NCBI GenBank assembly: GCA_041671325.1
Contig: JBAZBR010000005.1
Location: forward strand, 14,184 to 78,183
Length of the DNA: 64,000 bases
Direction of reading: 5' to 3'
Source of the DNA: Patescibacteria group bacterium
Lineage (GTDB): Bacteria > Patescibacteriota > Patescibacteriia > PEXW01
The notes under the pieces are model-generated. The model did no database searches. It saw only the letters and a program-made list of their open reading frames with translations, and was not told where the DNA came from. Position numbers and translations under genes: made by a program. Positions 1 to 10,039 of the stretch are shown piece after piece (the first letter of the stretch is position 1; the number at the start of each line of letters is the position of its first letter).

Positions 1-903
1 TTCATTTTTTTGATAGGCGCCGCTATGAAATAAGAAACCTTTCACAATAGCAAGCCATGTATCATCTTGAATTTGTTCACCCTCACCCATTGGGTCATAA
101 ACTAATTGTCCCAAAGCAGAAAAATTATCCAGATAGATGCCTTTAAAAACCTCGTCATCGGTTCTTAAATAATTAAAAATCTTATCCCCAGGGTTGAAAA
201 TAATTTTTTTGTTTCCTCCAAAAGAAACTCTGTAATTCTTATAGGGCTCAACTTGTCTTACCCTTTTAATAAATCCAGAAGAGATCTTATTCATATGACG
301 TAAATCTTCAATACCCAAACCATGGATATCAAGTCCCACACCGTCTTTAGTAACCCCCGAAAGCCGAAAGAGTCCTTTTCCGCTCTGCATAACTGGTTTC
401 GAGTCGGCGAATGGCGCAATTTTCTCGCTTATTACAAAACCTATAGAATCCAATTTTTTGAATATGTTAGACTCAGACTCTGTTTGCTCCTCACCTGAAA
501 ATTTGGGGACTGCGAAGTAAAGATCTAAATCGCTTTCAATACGCGCCTTGCCAGTCGCATATGAACCGCCTACCCATAATGTTGATTGAGCTTTTTGTTG
601 GCGCAAATATTCAACTAGCTTTTGGATATTTGCATCTTGCTTTTCTCTTTGCTCTTCTGGTAAGAATGATTCTGGAAAATTTAATGACCAAAACCTATGA
701 AGTAAGTCTTTTTTAAAGCCCTCAGTATTTAACGAATCTCTTTCGTCTGTAGCATCAATATCCGCACTTTCGCAACGTTTAAGTATTGTTTCATTGTCTT
801 CCGCATTAAATAATAACTTTTTAAAGATAAAATACTTTTCCACCTTTTCCTCATTTACTTCTTTATGCTCAAAAATTTTTTCTTTGGATGACTCTTCTGA
901 CAT
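1..903 (-). CDS. Nucleotidyltransferase-fold protein (Pol-beta-like NTase domain), C-terminally truncated by the window edge
   Basis: Hand translation of the minus strand from an ATG at 901-903. The ORF stays open to position 1 and is absent from the supplied track because it is edge-truncated. It contains GGSYATG...DLDLY, the GS-x(9-13)-DxD minimal nucleotidyltransferase signature. Confidence 0.5.
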   Translation of the reverse strand, partial: MSEESSKEKIFEHKEVNEEKVEKYFIFKKLLFNAEDNETILKRCESADIDATDERDSLNTEGFKKDLLHRFWSLNFPESFLPEEQREKQDANIQKLVEYLRQQKAQSTLWVGGSYATGKARIESDLDLYFAVPKFSGEEQTESESNIFKKLDSIGFVISEKIAPFADSKPVMQSGKGLFRLSGVTKDGVGLDIHGLGIEDLRHMNKISSGFIKRVRQVEPYKNYRVSFGGNKKIIFNPGDKIFNYLRTDDEVFKGIYLDNFSALGQLVYDPMGEGEQIQDDTWLAIVKGFLFHSGAYQKNE

Positions 904-919
904 TTTTGTACAGTATTAT

Positions 920-2203
920 TTAGAAGCGAGACTCAAAACAAATAAATGGCACGATCATCTCTTCCAAAGAGATCCCACCATGATGCGCCAGGTGCTTGAT
1001 GGTAAATTTTTTATCTTTGTTCCACCAAACCAAATTCCTGTTATTTGGCAGAATAACCAAATTTCCAACTCTCTCCAACAAAAGTTTTTGACGGACATTG
1101 CTGCCAAAAAAACCTAGCTTAATTAAATTGATCGTTTTATGCACGCTCGCTTTTCCTTCCAATCGTTTATTGAGCAACTTATAAACCTGCCCCAGCTTCT
1201 CATCTTTAATGTATAAAAACATATCACGACAACTCCCCGCTGGAACCAAGGACTTTCCGGATTTAGATTTTTTAAATTTTTCTTCAAGATCCGGAATTAG
1301 TTTATTTAGATAAATAGTCTTTTTGGGATCAACCCCAATTTGTCCATGATCGGCAGTTATAATAAACAACGTATCATTGATTTTTAAATTTGAGTTTTTA
1401 AAAAAAATCTTTTTTAAGGCCTTAAAAAAGATCTTGACTTCGGCAATTGTGTTTTTGGAATAAGGACCGTTGTGATGTGACACTGAATCAATCTTATCGA
1501 AATAAAACAGATTATATACTCTTCCTTTCCTATCTAACTTATTTTTAAGATCAGATAGGCCTTCTATTAATTCCTTATAGCTTACTATTTTAGAACCTTT
1601 CGTAAAATGGGCAATATATGGGGATGGAAAATAATTTTGTGGAAAAAAAACAGAAGACTGTATCTTGTTTTTTTTCAATTGGTCGTAAAATGTCTTATTT
1701 GGAAAAATTTTTTTAGCGTCCACCCCTGTGCTTTGTAGCGTATTTCGCTCTTTGTCCCCAACGAAAGAAAAACGCAACGGGTTAATAATTGCATCCAGGT
1801 GCTTCTCATAATAGAACCATTCACAGACCCCGCTTTCGCCGACTGATAAGTCGGTGTGCAGAGAAGACATTTCTGCTGCAGTTGTCGAGGGAAATTGGGA
1901 GGTTAATTGAGAAACAACGCTAATTTTAGAAATTTTTTTTAGAAAGTCGTCATTTTTGCTCATTTTTTTAAAAAGTGACCAACCGAAACCGTCCATTAAA
2001 AAAATAACAACATTTTTATAACTTTTTCGGCATTTGCCCAAAACATCAATTGGTAAGGCCGGTCTTTGATCCCTCTCTAAAAAAATATTTTCAATAGTCC
2101 CACAAATATTGGAAAAACAGTAACTCTCATAAAGAGGTCGCTTTATAAAGCCCCTAGAGGATGTGACTTTTAATATTTCCCGTTGCGATTTAATGTTAAG
2201 CAT
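920..2203 (-). CDS. Alkaline-phosphatase-superfamily enzyme (type I phosphodiesterase / nucleotide pyrophosphatase-like)
   Basis: 427-aa ORF. An N-terminal VVIFLMDGFGW motif and a distal ITADHGQ motif are typical of AlkP-core metalloenzymes (PF01663-like). Confidence 0.6.
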   Translation of the reverse strand: MLNIKSQREILKVTSSRGFIKRPLYESYCFSNICGTIENIFLERDQRPALPIDVLGKCRKSYKNVVIFLMDGFGWSLFKKMSKNDDFLKKISKISVVSQLTSQFPSTTAAEMSSLHTDLSVGESGVCEWFYYEKHLDAIINPLRFSFVGDKERNTLQSTGVDAKKIFPNKTFYDQLKKNKIQSSVFFPQNYFPSPYIAHFTKGSKIVSYKELIEGLSDLKNKLDRKGRVYNLFYFDKIDSVSHHNGPYSKNTIAEVKIFFKALKKIFFKNSNLKINDTLFIITADHGQIGVDPKKTIYLNKLIPDLEEKFKKSKSGKSLVPAGSCRDMFLYIKDEKLGQVYKLLNKRLEGKASVHKTINLIKLGFFGSNVRQKLLLERVGNLVILPNNRNLVWWNKDKKFTIKHLAHHGGISLEEMIVPFICFESRF

Positions 2204-2245
2204 TCTAATCCTTATAACTTCTAATAAGTAATGTTTAACGGATTC

Positions 2246-3112
2246 TTATCGTCCTTCCAGTTTCCTGACAAGACCCTCTAGTTCTTCGGCATCTGAATAA
2301 TCAATGCTGATACTACCGCCTTTACCGCGGGAATTGATTTTTACTTTTGTATCCAAGACTGACCTTAACCTGGCTTCCTTGGCTTTGATTTCCACGTCTT
2401 CACGGAAAGTCCGGGTGTATTTTTTGACGGTAATTTGCCTTTGGGTATCCGAAGATTTCACGCTCAAGCCTTCTTCTAAAATCTTTTTGAATAATTGCTG
2501 CCTGGCTTTTTGATCCGTAATACCTAACAGCACTTTAGCGTGGCCTTCGGATATTTTTTCCTCCCTTAATGCCGCCTGAATATCCGAAGGCAAACTTAAC
2601 AAGCGTAAAGTATTAGCCACGGCCGGCCGGCTTTGCCCGACTTTCTTGGCTACTTCGTCTTGGGTCAAGGAAAATTCATCCACCAAGCGTTGATAGGCCT
2701 TAGCCCGCTCCAAGGCATTTAAATTTTGTCTTTGCAGGTTTTCCACTAAAGCCAATTCCAATTTCTCTTGGTTGGTAACACTGCGAACAATCGCTGGCAC
2801 ATCAGCCAAGTTGGCCAATTTGGCCGCGCGCAAACGCCTTTCCCCGGCAATCAACTCATAGCCCCTGGGAGTTTCACTGACTATCAATGGCTGGAGAATT
2901 CCGTGGACTTTAATGGACGCTACTAAGTCTTCCATGCCTTGGCGTTCAAACCTTTCGCGGGGTTGGTGCGGATTAACTACGATCTTGGTAACTGGAATTT
3001 TTTCCACGGGCTCGCCTTTTTTGGCGTTTGTTGATTCCGCGCTCCAATAATTTTTTCCGCTGGCCGGCGGGATCAATGAAGAAAGGCCGCGGCCTAAAGT
3101 AGTTTTTTGCAT
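2246..3112 (-). CDS. parB: Chromosome partitioning protein ParB/Spo0J
   Basis: The LIAGERRLRAAKLA ParB box and an HTH region are present. It sits immediately downstream of parA. Confidence 0.9.
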   Translation of the reverse strand: MQKTTLGRGLSSLIPPASGKNYWSAESTNAKKGEPVEKIPVTKIVVNPHQPRERFERQGMEDLVASIKVHGILQPLIVSETPRGYELIAGERRLRAAKLANLADVPAIVRSVTNQEKLELALVENLQRQNLNALERAKAYQRLVDEFSLTQDEVAKKVGQSRPAVANTLRLLSLPSDIQAALREEKISEGHAKVLLGITDQKARQQLFKKILEEGLSVKSSDTQRQITVKKYTRTFREDVEIKAKEARLRSVLDTKVKINSRGKGGSISIDYSDAEELEGLVRKLEGR

Positions 3113-3118
3113 AATTTT

Positions 3119-3886
3119 TTAGTTATTATGGGTATCCAAAATTTCCCGGGCTAATTTTTCATAGGCTTTGGCGCCTTTGGACTTAGGGTCAAAATGCCTA
3201 ATGGGTTTGCCGTAACTTGGCGCCTCGGCCAAGCGGACATTCCTCGGGATTACGGTCCGAAAAATCTTGTCGGGAAAATACTGGTAAATCTCCTGGAAAA
3301 CCGCCTGGGACAATTTATTCCGGTCATCAAACATGGTCATGACCACGCCCAAGATGTTCAAGCCAGGTTGCAAATTTTCCCTGACCAAATTAATAGTCTG
3401 CACTAATTGGCCCAAGCCTTCCAAGGCGTAATACTCGGTCTGGACGGGAATTAGAATTTCTTCCGCTGCCACTAAACCGTTAATGGTTAACAAACCCAAA
3501 GAAGGCGGACAATCAATGATGATGTAATCATATTCATTCCTTATTTCTGACATACTTTCGCGCAAGCGGTGTTCGCGCCGCTCCAATGGCACTAGTTCCA
3601 CATTGGCCCCGGCCAAATCCAAGGTTGCCGGCGCTACGCGCAAGCCATCAACTGTACTGGGATGAATAATTTCCCGAAACGTCTTTACTCCCACTAAGGC
3701 ATGATAAACCCCATGAGGTAAATTTTGGTGGTCCAAACCAATGCCGGAAGAAGCATTGCCCTGCGGATCCACGTCAATCAGTAAAACAAACTTGCCCAAA
3801 GCCGCCAGTTCAGCAGCCAGATTTACGGCCGTGGTGGTTTTGCCTACCCCGCCTTTTTGGTTAACAACAGCAATAACGTGTGACAT
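3119..3886 (-). CDS. parA: Chromosome partitioning ATPase ParA/Soj
   Basis: Deviant Walker A KGGVGKTT. The track ORF runs to 3946, but the likely start is the Met of MSHVIAVVNQKGGVGKT at 3886. Confidence 0.9.
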   Translation of the reverse strand: MSHVIAVVNQKGGVGKTTTAVNLAAELAALGKFVLLIDVDPQGNASSGIGLDHQNLPHGVYHALVGVKTFREIIHPSTVDGLRVAPATLDLAGANVELVPLERREHRLRESMSEIRNEYDYIIIDCPPSLGLLTINGLVAAEEILIPVQTEYYALEGLGQLVQTINLVRENLQPGLNILGVVMTMFDDRNKLSQAVFQEIYQYFPDKIFRTVIPRNVRLAEAPSYGKPIRHFDPKSKGAKAYEKLAREILDTHNN

Positions 3887-3964
3887 ATTTGTGTCTTCAT
3901 CATACCAAAAAAGCCCAGACAATACGAAAAAAGGGCGCCAAACCAAGCCTGGTTTAAAACGCCC

Positions 3965-5266
3965 TTATGAATGTGCATTGCGAATCTCTCGATTCCTTTC
4001 CATCAGCCTTCTTAATTTGCAATAGGCAATCCCAGTTATTTTAACTAATGCGCAGAGCGCATATTCCTTGCCCGCAAAAATGCCTGGCCGGTTTTGGGTT
4101 TCTAGGTTCGGGTTATAAGGACTTACATCGAACAAACCGTAATAGCGGCAGAGATTTTCTTGCTGTGAGGTTTCCAAGGCCAGAATGGCCTGACGCAAGC
4201 CGCTCATCCAGAAAGCCATCTGCTCTTGATCCAGTTTCGAAAAAGCTTTAGCCGGAGTTTTTACTGAGCGCTGGGATAGCTCTGCTAGCACTGGATCAAA
4301 CTTTTTATTCCTGGGCATGAGTATTTGGTCTTGCCGGATGTTCGTCGATTTCTTAACAGATTTACCCGGATTCTTTAGCTTCAGCTTTTCTACCGACCCA
4401 ACAATTTCCAGGTCTTTAGTCAGTTTTTGGCGAAGCTTATAGAGAGCTTGCTTTTTGATTTGTCTGACTCTTTCTTTGGTTATATTAAACCTTTCCCCAA
4501 TTTGCTCAAGGAATAAAGGTTTTTCGTCATTCAAACCAAAAGACAAGGTTAAAATTTCGGCTTCCCGAGGAGATAAGATTTCCAGTATTCGCCAGATGTC
4601 TTCTTTTTTCAACTCTTGGCGGGTTTCAGGATCTGGCAAAGACTCTGTCTGATCTCCCAAGTTTTCAATCAAGCTTTCGCCATTCTCTAATGGCTCGTCC
4701 AAAGACGTATAGCCTGGTTTTATGCCTAATGCCTCTTCCACCTTATCGAAAGATAAACCAAGCGCTTCGGCGATCCTTTCGGTAGATGCCTGACTAGCCC
4801 AAACTTGATTAAGCTGCTTAGTGGTTTTCTTAATTCGGCTGATTAAAGCCACCTTACTCATTGGCAAAGCCACGATCCCGCCTGATTCAGCTACGGCCTG
4901 CAAAATTGCCTGCTTAATCCACCAATCCGCGTAAGAGATGAACCTAAAGCCCCGTTCAGGATCAAAGCGCTTAGCAGCCGTAATCAAGCCAAGATTGCCT
5001 TCGTTTATCAAATCCACTAATGATAAGCCGCGGCCTTGATAAAGACTGGCAACCGAAACGACAAATTTTAAATTGGCGGTAATCAGCCTGTCTAAAGCTT
5101 TTTTATCGCCATTCCTAAACCGTCTGGCTAGATTAATTTCCTGCTGTTGGGTCAGCAATGGGGTTGAACCGATTTCTTGCAAATAAATTTCCAGCGAAGA
5201 ATTCGACTCTTTCCCGCTGAAAGCCAAGCCGCGAGACGTCTTCAAAGCTCTCATGCTTCTAATCAC
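3965..5266 (-). CDS. Sigma-70 family RNA polymerase sigma factor with an ~150-aa C-terminal extension
   Basis: Region 2 (NLKFVVSVASLY...DLINEGNLGLITAAKRFDPERGFRFISYADWWIKQAI) and region 4 (ITKERVRQIKKQALYKLR) are present. About 150 residues follow region 4 with no recognisable motif. Confidence 0.8.
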   Translation of the reverse strand: MIRSMRALKTSRGLAFSGKESNSSLEIYLQEIGSTPLLTQQQEINLARRFRNGDKKALDRLITANLKFVVSVASLYQGRGLSLVDLINEGNLGLITAAKRFDPERGFRFISYADWWIKQAILQAVAESGGIVALPMSKVALISRIKKTTKQLNQVWASQASTERIAEALGLSFDKVEEALGIKPGYTSLDEPLENGESLIENLGDQTESLPDPETRQELKKEDIWRILEILSPREAEILTLSFGLNDEKPLFLEQIGERFNITKERVRQIKKQALYKLRQKLTKDLEIVGSVEKLKLKNPGKSVKKSTNIRQDQILMPRNKKFDPVLAELSQRSVKTPAKAFSKLDQEQMAFWMSGLRQAILALETSQQENLCRYYGLFDVSPYNPNLETQNRPGIFAGKEYALCALVKITGIAYCKLRRLMERNREIRNAHS

Positions 5267-5415
5267 CTCCCTTAAAAGGCTAATGGGTTTTTAATGATCG
5301 CTTTTCAATAACACACCTTAGCAAATATTGAGAATCCGTCAATTAAAAACTCCTCAAGCCATATTCTGACTTGAGGAGCTACATAGCTGAAAACATTTTA
5401 CCCCCAAAAATGTTT

Positions 5416-6777
5416 CTAAATGACCATGACTTCATGGGGACGAGCTTTGTCAGCTTCTCCCCTTAAACGAAAGTACAAGCCCTGAAGACTGTAAGTATTA
5501 GCCGGAACCAGTCTAGGTTCGCCATTACTTATGATTTCGGAAACCACTCTCCCGGCCGAAGGTGACTGCATGATGCCATGGCCGGAAAAACCGCAACAGT
5601 GGATAAGGTTTTCAGCGTTCGGATCACGGTCAATGATTGGACTATGATCAGCGGTCAGCTCATAAAAGCCGGTGGTGGCCCTGGCAAACCCGCAGCTAGA
5701 CAATAGAAATGGCAGGGTACTGGATAACTTCTCGCACATTTCATCGCCATAAGTCGGGTCGTCACGCAAGCCAAAGCCCTCTTCAATCAAATCCTGGAAG
5801 AGCTGCGATTCGCTTTCGTTAGCGATATCGGGAAGCGTGCTTACCACGTCCTCTTTGGGTTTAGCATCCCAGCCCAGCATAAATAAGTCATGATCGGGTC
5901 GAGCATAGGCTCCGCCGGGGACAATGGTAAACGGCATTTCATCCATCGGTAGGGGGAGATTATTTTCTTCCGCAAAAGAATTGTAATTCTTCCCGCCAAG
6001 ATTTGGTTTCATGAAGTAAAGATAACGCCGGACTGCGCTGACCGGTAGCTGAGTACCGACCAGCTTGGCGATCTCCGGGGACCACATGCCGGTAGCATTT
6101 ACCACTTCCCGACATTCAATTTCACCCTTGTTGGTCACCACGTGAGTGATCTGGCCATTCGCTTTCCTTTTAAAACCAGTCACGCGGGTATGTTGGAACA
6201 GCCTGGCTCCATGCTTTTCTGCCTTCTCAAATCCATCATTTGTAATGACGTCAGGGAAACAGAAACCATCCGAAGGGCAAAAAGTGGAACACGCCACGTT
6301 AGTAGTATCGATATAAGGAAAACGGGCACGGATATCCTCCGGTAAAAGTAAAACTACGTCCCGCAAGCCACGCTCCTGTTGGAAGCTGACTCGTTTACCG
6401 ATAGCTCCAATCACCATATCCGGCAGGAACTTTTGGCTTCCACTCCCATCTTTAACATAACCGTCGTACATGAAATGGTAGCCAACGTGTTTCATTGGCG
6501 GCGTTCTGCCGTCTAAGGTTTCGGCGTATCGACGGAAAAAATCAATGGAGTATAGTTGCATGGCGATATTTTCGGCCATTCCGAATTGCTGACGTGCAGC
6601 GGCCGCCGAACGGCTGGAACTACCGAAATTTTTACTATTTGCTTCTACACAAATAACTTCTACGCCCGCAAGAGCCAGGTGCAATGTGACCATCGCGCCA
6701 ATAGCTCCCCCGCCTATTACCACAACCTCTGTTTTCTCTGGCAGTTCACTGCTCCCAGCAACGAGCCGACTAGACAT
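5416..6777 (-). CDS. FAD-dependent oxidoreductase (DAO family)
   Basis: N-terminal VVVIGGGAIGAMV dinucleotide-binding motif. The C-terminal HCCGFSGHGIMQSP region is typical of DAO-type amine oxidases and dehydrogenases. Confidence 0.7.
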   Translation of the reverse strand: MSSRLVAGSSELPEKTEVVVIGGGAIGAMVTLHLALAGVEVICVEANSKNFGSSSRSAAAARQQFGMAENIAMQLYSIDFFRRYAETLDGRTPPMKHVGYHFMYDGYVKDGSGSQKFLPDMVIGAIGKRVSFQQERGLRDVVLLLPEDIRARFPYIDTTNVACSTFCPSDGFCFPDVITNDGFEKAEKHGARLFQHTRVTGFKRKANGQITHVVTNKGEIECREVVNATGMWSPEIAKLVGTQLPVSAVRRYLYFMKPNLGGKNYNSFAEENNLPLPMDEMPFTIVPGGAYARPDHDLFMLGWDAKPKEDVVSTLPDIANESESQLFQDLIEEGFGLRDDPTYGDEMCEKLSSTLPFLLSSCGFARATTGFYELTADHSPIIDRDPNAENLIHCCGFSGHGIMQSPSAGRVVSEIISNGEPRLVPANTYSLQGLYFRLRGEADKARPHEVMVI

Positions 6778-6987
6778 AACTTCATCCTCCTAAAAGGGTT
6801 TTTAAGTTGTGAAAAGAACGTTTAGTTCTTTTATTTCCAAGCACAATTAACCTAATTTAGGATATTATCATGTTACACAAAAACTTGCAAAACAAAGAAC
6901 AATTATAATTGCCAATGGCTTAATAACTTAAATAAAACAATACCATTGCCAAATCCTAAAGCAACTGATTTTAATAATATTATTACA

Positions 6988-8439
6988 TTAATAAGCCCTT
7001 GCCCAAACGGCTGTTGATTGCCCAGATTTGCCGCAAACCACGCATTTTTTCTGGATCTTCGGTTGATTAAAAGGAACCACCCTTGCAGTTGCCTTGGTTG
7101 CTTCTTTGATACTGTCCTCACAGGCCGTCTGTCCGCACCAGCTCGCAATTGCAAAACCTTTTTTGACTTCAATGACTTCTTTAAACTCATCGTAGGTCTT
7201 TACTTCAAAAGTGCGGTCATGCAAATATTGGCTGGCACGGGCAAATAAAGACTTTTGGATCTGTTCCATTAAGATCCTAAGCTGGGCAGGTAATTGCTTA
7301 TTAGCTATTACCTCTTTTTGGCCATTATCTCGGCGTACAATTTTAACTTGATCATCTCGTATTTCCGCCGGACCGATCTCAAGCCGAACCGGAATGCCTT
7401 GCATTTCCCAATCGTGAAATTTGAATCCAGGCGTTACATCATCCCGATCATCGACTGTAACTGAAAACTGATCCTTTAAGTTTAAAAATAAGTTATTGCA
7501 AGCCTTTAGTACAGATTCCTTTTCTTCATTGGTTTTGTAAATGGGCACAATAACCACTTGAATTGGAGCAATTTTTGGAGGTAAAATCAAGCCAGCTTCA
7601 TCTCCATGAACCATTATCAAAGCGCCAATAATTCTGGTTGAAAGACCCCAACTTGTTTGCCATGCATAATCAATTGACTTGTCTTTGTTTTGAAAAGATA
7701 TATTAAAAGCTTCTGCTTTTGAAAAATTTTGCCCAAGGTTGTGCGAGGTTGCCGCCTGCAAAGCCTTGCCATCCGGCATCATGGCTTCACAAGAAGTCGT
7801 ATACAAAGCTCCGGCAAATTTTTGGCTGTCAGTCTTTTTACCAGTTATAACTGGAATGGCTAAGGTGTTCTGGATAAAATCGGTGTAAGCTTTAAGCGCG
7901 TCCATTGTCTGCTTGTCAGCCTCCTCCAGGGTTGCATGAGCGGTATGACCTTCTTGCCATAAAAACTCTAGGGTGCGTAAAAATGGAAAAGTTCTTTTTT
8001 CCCAGCGGATCACGTTACACCATTGATTGACTTTTAATGGCAAATCTCGCCAAGAATGCACCCATTTTGAAAACATAGAGTACATAATGGTTTCTGAAGT
8101 TGGTCGGACCACCAAGGGTTCTTCAAGTTTTTGTCCACCCCCAATAGTAACCACGGCAAGTTCAGGGCTAAAGCCTTCCACATGTTCTTTTTCGCGATGC
8201 AAAAAACTCATGGGAATAAACAATGGGAAATATGCATTACGCGTGTTCATGGCTTTTATTTTTAGATCAAACAAACGAACAATATTTTCCCAAATCGCAT
8301 AACCATTCGGCCGAATAACCATACAGCCTTTTACTGGCGCATAATCAGCTAACTGGGCAGCTTGCACGACTTCTAAGTACCAAGCTGACAAGTCTTTTTC
8401 TTTGGTATTTCTTCTTGACATGTTGTTCTCCTTTTGCAT
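6988..8439 (-). CDS. proS: Prolyl-tRNA synthetase, archaeal/eukaryotic type
   Basis: 483-aa class II aaRS. The N-terminal SAWYLEVVQAAQLADYAPVKGCMVIRPNGYAIWE is characteristic of type-3 ProRS. The C-terminal zinc-binding tail ends in Tyr (VWARAY). Confidence 0.85.
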   Translation of the reverse strand: MQKENNMSRRNTKEKDLSAWYLEVVQAAQLADYAPVKGCMVIRPNGYAIWENIVRLFDLKIKAMNTRNAYFPLFIPMSFLHREKEHVEGFSPELAVVTIGGGQKLEEPLVVRPTSETIMYSMFSKWVHSWRDLPLKVNQWCNVIRWEKRTFPFLRTLEFLWQEGHTAHATLEEADKQTMDALKAYTDFIQNTLAIPVITGKKTDSQKFAGALYTTSCEAMMPDGKALQAATSHNLGQNFSKAEAFNISFQNKDKSIDYAWQTSWGLSTRIIGALIMVHGDEAGLILPPKIAPIQVVIVPIYKTNEEKESVLKACNNLFLNLKDQFSVTVDDRDDVTPGFKFHDWEMQGIPVRLEIGPAEIRDDQVKIVRRDNGQKEVIANKQLPAQLRILMEQIQKSLFARASQYLHDRTFEVKTYDEFKEVIEVKKGFAIASWCGQTACEDSIKEATKATARVVPFNQPKIQKKCVVCGKSGQSTAVWARAY

Positions 8440-8568
8440 AAAAATTATTAAAAAAGAAAGTAAATGAATTTTTTATATTTTTAAACCGCTAAAGAACTTT
8501 AGCTTATATTATTCTGTTAAACGAAATAAGATAACCATATTATAATAAAAAAATGTAATTTTTACAAA

Positions 8569-8602
8569 TGAAAACCCCTCAAACGCTGTAAACATTGAGG
8601 GG
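8569..8602 (-). terminator. Intrinsic terminator downstream of the rSAM/B3-4/MTase operon
   Basis: CCCCTCAA..TTGAGGGG hairpin at 8575-8602 with an A-run on the plus strand (a U-run on the minus transcript). Confidence 0.5.
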
Positions 8603-8611
8603 TTAAGGTGC

Positions 8612-9316
8612 TTAAATCTTTTCAGATGTCAGCAAATATGCGATGCCTATTTCTGAAAAGGATATGCTTGCAATTGCAAGAGAATTAGCAAGACACAATT
8701 GCCTAAAATAAAGAGGATGGTAGGCAATTGACTGTAGTCCGTCATCTGACTTAAAACAGACTCCTTGAGCGTTTTGTACCAGCTGGACGTTTAAGTACTT
8801 GCAACGGTTGTAATAATCAGCTCTTGAAGCGTTTGATTTTTCGTCAGTCAGGTATGTACTAATGACAAACCGCAAATTGCATTGCTTAAGGCTTTGGATA
8901 ACCGACTCGACGGCGGGCATGTTTCCAATGCTATTGAATGGGAAAAAAAGTAATAATTTATCAGCATCAGCTTTCTGTAACTTGTCTTTCAACACACTTG
9001 AAAGATCTTCAGCGCTGCCTAACCTGAACTGATATAAATCTTGGGATAATTTTCTTGAAAGAATTTCATCATTTCCGGCTTGAATATATCTTTCAACCAC
9101 GTCAATCCCAATATACTTTTTATCTCGCTCTATAGCCCAGTCCAAAAACCTGCCGGTCATGCAACCAACCTCAACTAAGATTGAGAATGATTCGACTAAT
9201 CTTTCCAACAGCCTTTCTTCCTCCAAAAGAAAGCTGGCGACATCCGGAGGATAATTAGTCGGATCAATCAATCGGTCGCCATTGCCCTGGCCGTAAAAAT
9301 TCCAGATTGAAGGCAT
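8612..9316 (-). CDS. Class I SAM-dependent methyltransferase
   Basis: LVEVGCMTGRF matches motif I (xLDVGCGxG-like) of Rossmann-fold methyltransferases. Last gene of a three-gene minus-strand operon. Confidence 0.5.
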   Translation of the reverse strand: MPSIWNFYGQGNGDRLIDPTNYPPDVASFLLEEERLLERLVESFSILVEVGCMTGRFLDWAIERDKKYIGIDVVERYIQAGNDEILSRKLSQDLYQFRLGSAEDLSSVLKDKLQKADADKLLLFFPFNSIGNMPAVESVIQSLKQCNLRFVISTYLTDEKSNASRADYYNRCKYLNVQLVQNAQGVCFKSDDGLQSIAYHPLYFRQLCLANSLAIASISFSEIGIAYLLTSEKI

Positions 9317-9331
9317 GGTCGTTATACCTCA

Positions 9332-9994
9332 TTATTTGATGATTGCAGTTTCAAAGTTTGTTGCTCGGGTATAACGTTGCAGTAGAAGTGAAGTTTCGGC
9401 CAAATCTTCAGGAAGATGCTTTTCACCGTCAAAGGAAATGATAACCATTAAAAGGTTATTGGTTTCCTTTGTAATCATCGACCTTTCGGAATCACTGGTC
9501 GGACTGCCAAAGGGGCCTTGGGTATCGGCAAAAAGCGGCAGTTCGGCAATATTAATTAGTTCTTTGCCGATCCCTTTGTAAGTTTCCCCGGGCAAACCAA
9601 TCCGAAATTGCACAGGCGGGCGCAAAGCATCAAGGTTGTATGAACCAACAGAATGCAAGGTTTTTAGGGAAATCAAGTTGTTGATGTCAACAATCGTGTT
9701 GACTTGATACAAACCTTTCCCTTGTAAAATCCTTCTGGCCAGAGCTTCGGCCGAACCACGATACCTAGTCGGATCTTTGCCAATGGACTTATAGCCGTCT
9801 CTCAAGGCTTTGACATTCGCTTGATGCGGCAAATCTGCCAGACTCATTCTCTTCTGCATCCCAATGGTGAACTGGTTAATTTCTCTCCATAAACCGCTGT
9901 CGTTTTCAGAAACCACAACCGAGCAACAAACTGCGCCCAATACTAACCTGGGCACTCTTGTTGCGAGCTTGGAATCAATCGAAATCGCAATCAT
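9332..9994 (-). CDS. B3/4 domain-containing protein (PheT B3/4-like tRNA-binding domain, stand-alone)
   Basis: YRGSAEALARRILQGKGLYQVNTIVDINNLISLKTLHSVGSYNLD follows the conserved B3/4 pattern (SxEALxRR..KG...N..VD..N). Confidence 0.65.
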   Translation of the reverse strand: MIAISIDSKLATRVPRLVLGAVCCSVVVSENDSGLWREINQFTIGMQKRMSLADLPHQANVKALRDGYKSIGKDPTRYRGSAEALARRILQGKGLYQVNTIVDINNLISLKTLHSVGSYNLDALRPPVQFRIGLPGETYKGIGKELINIAELPLFADTQGPFGSPTSDSERSMITKETNNLLMVIISFDGEKHLPEDLAETSLLLQRYTRATNFETAIIK

Positions 9995-10039
9995 ACTGCT
10001 CCTTGGTTATTTTCATGAAGGGTAGTATATCAAGGTATA

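Noticed and set aside
794-1117. Plus-strand 107-aa ORF, and many similar 60-130-aa ORFs in the track lying inside or antisense to large minus-strand genes (e.g. 2304-2513, 3194-3406, 6903-7190, 22865-23116, 49115-49449, 55632-55823).
   Set aside because: They overlap well-supported genes, tRNAs or the intron on the opposite strand or in another frame. They lack RBS context and have low-complexity or biased composition. Treated as spurious.
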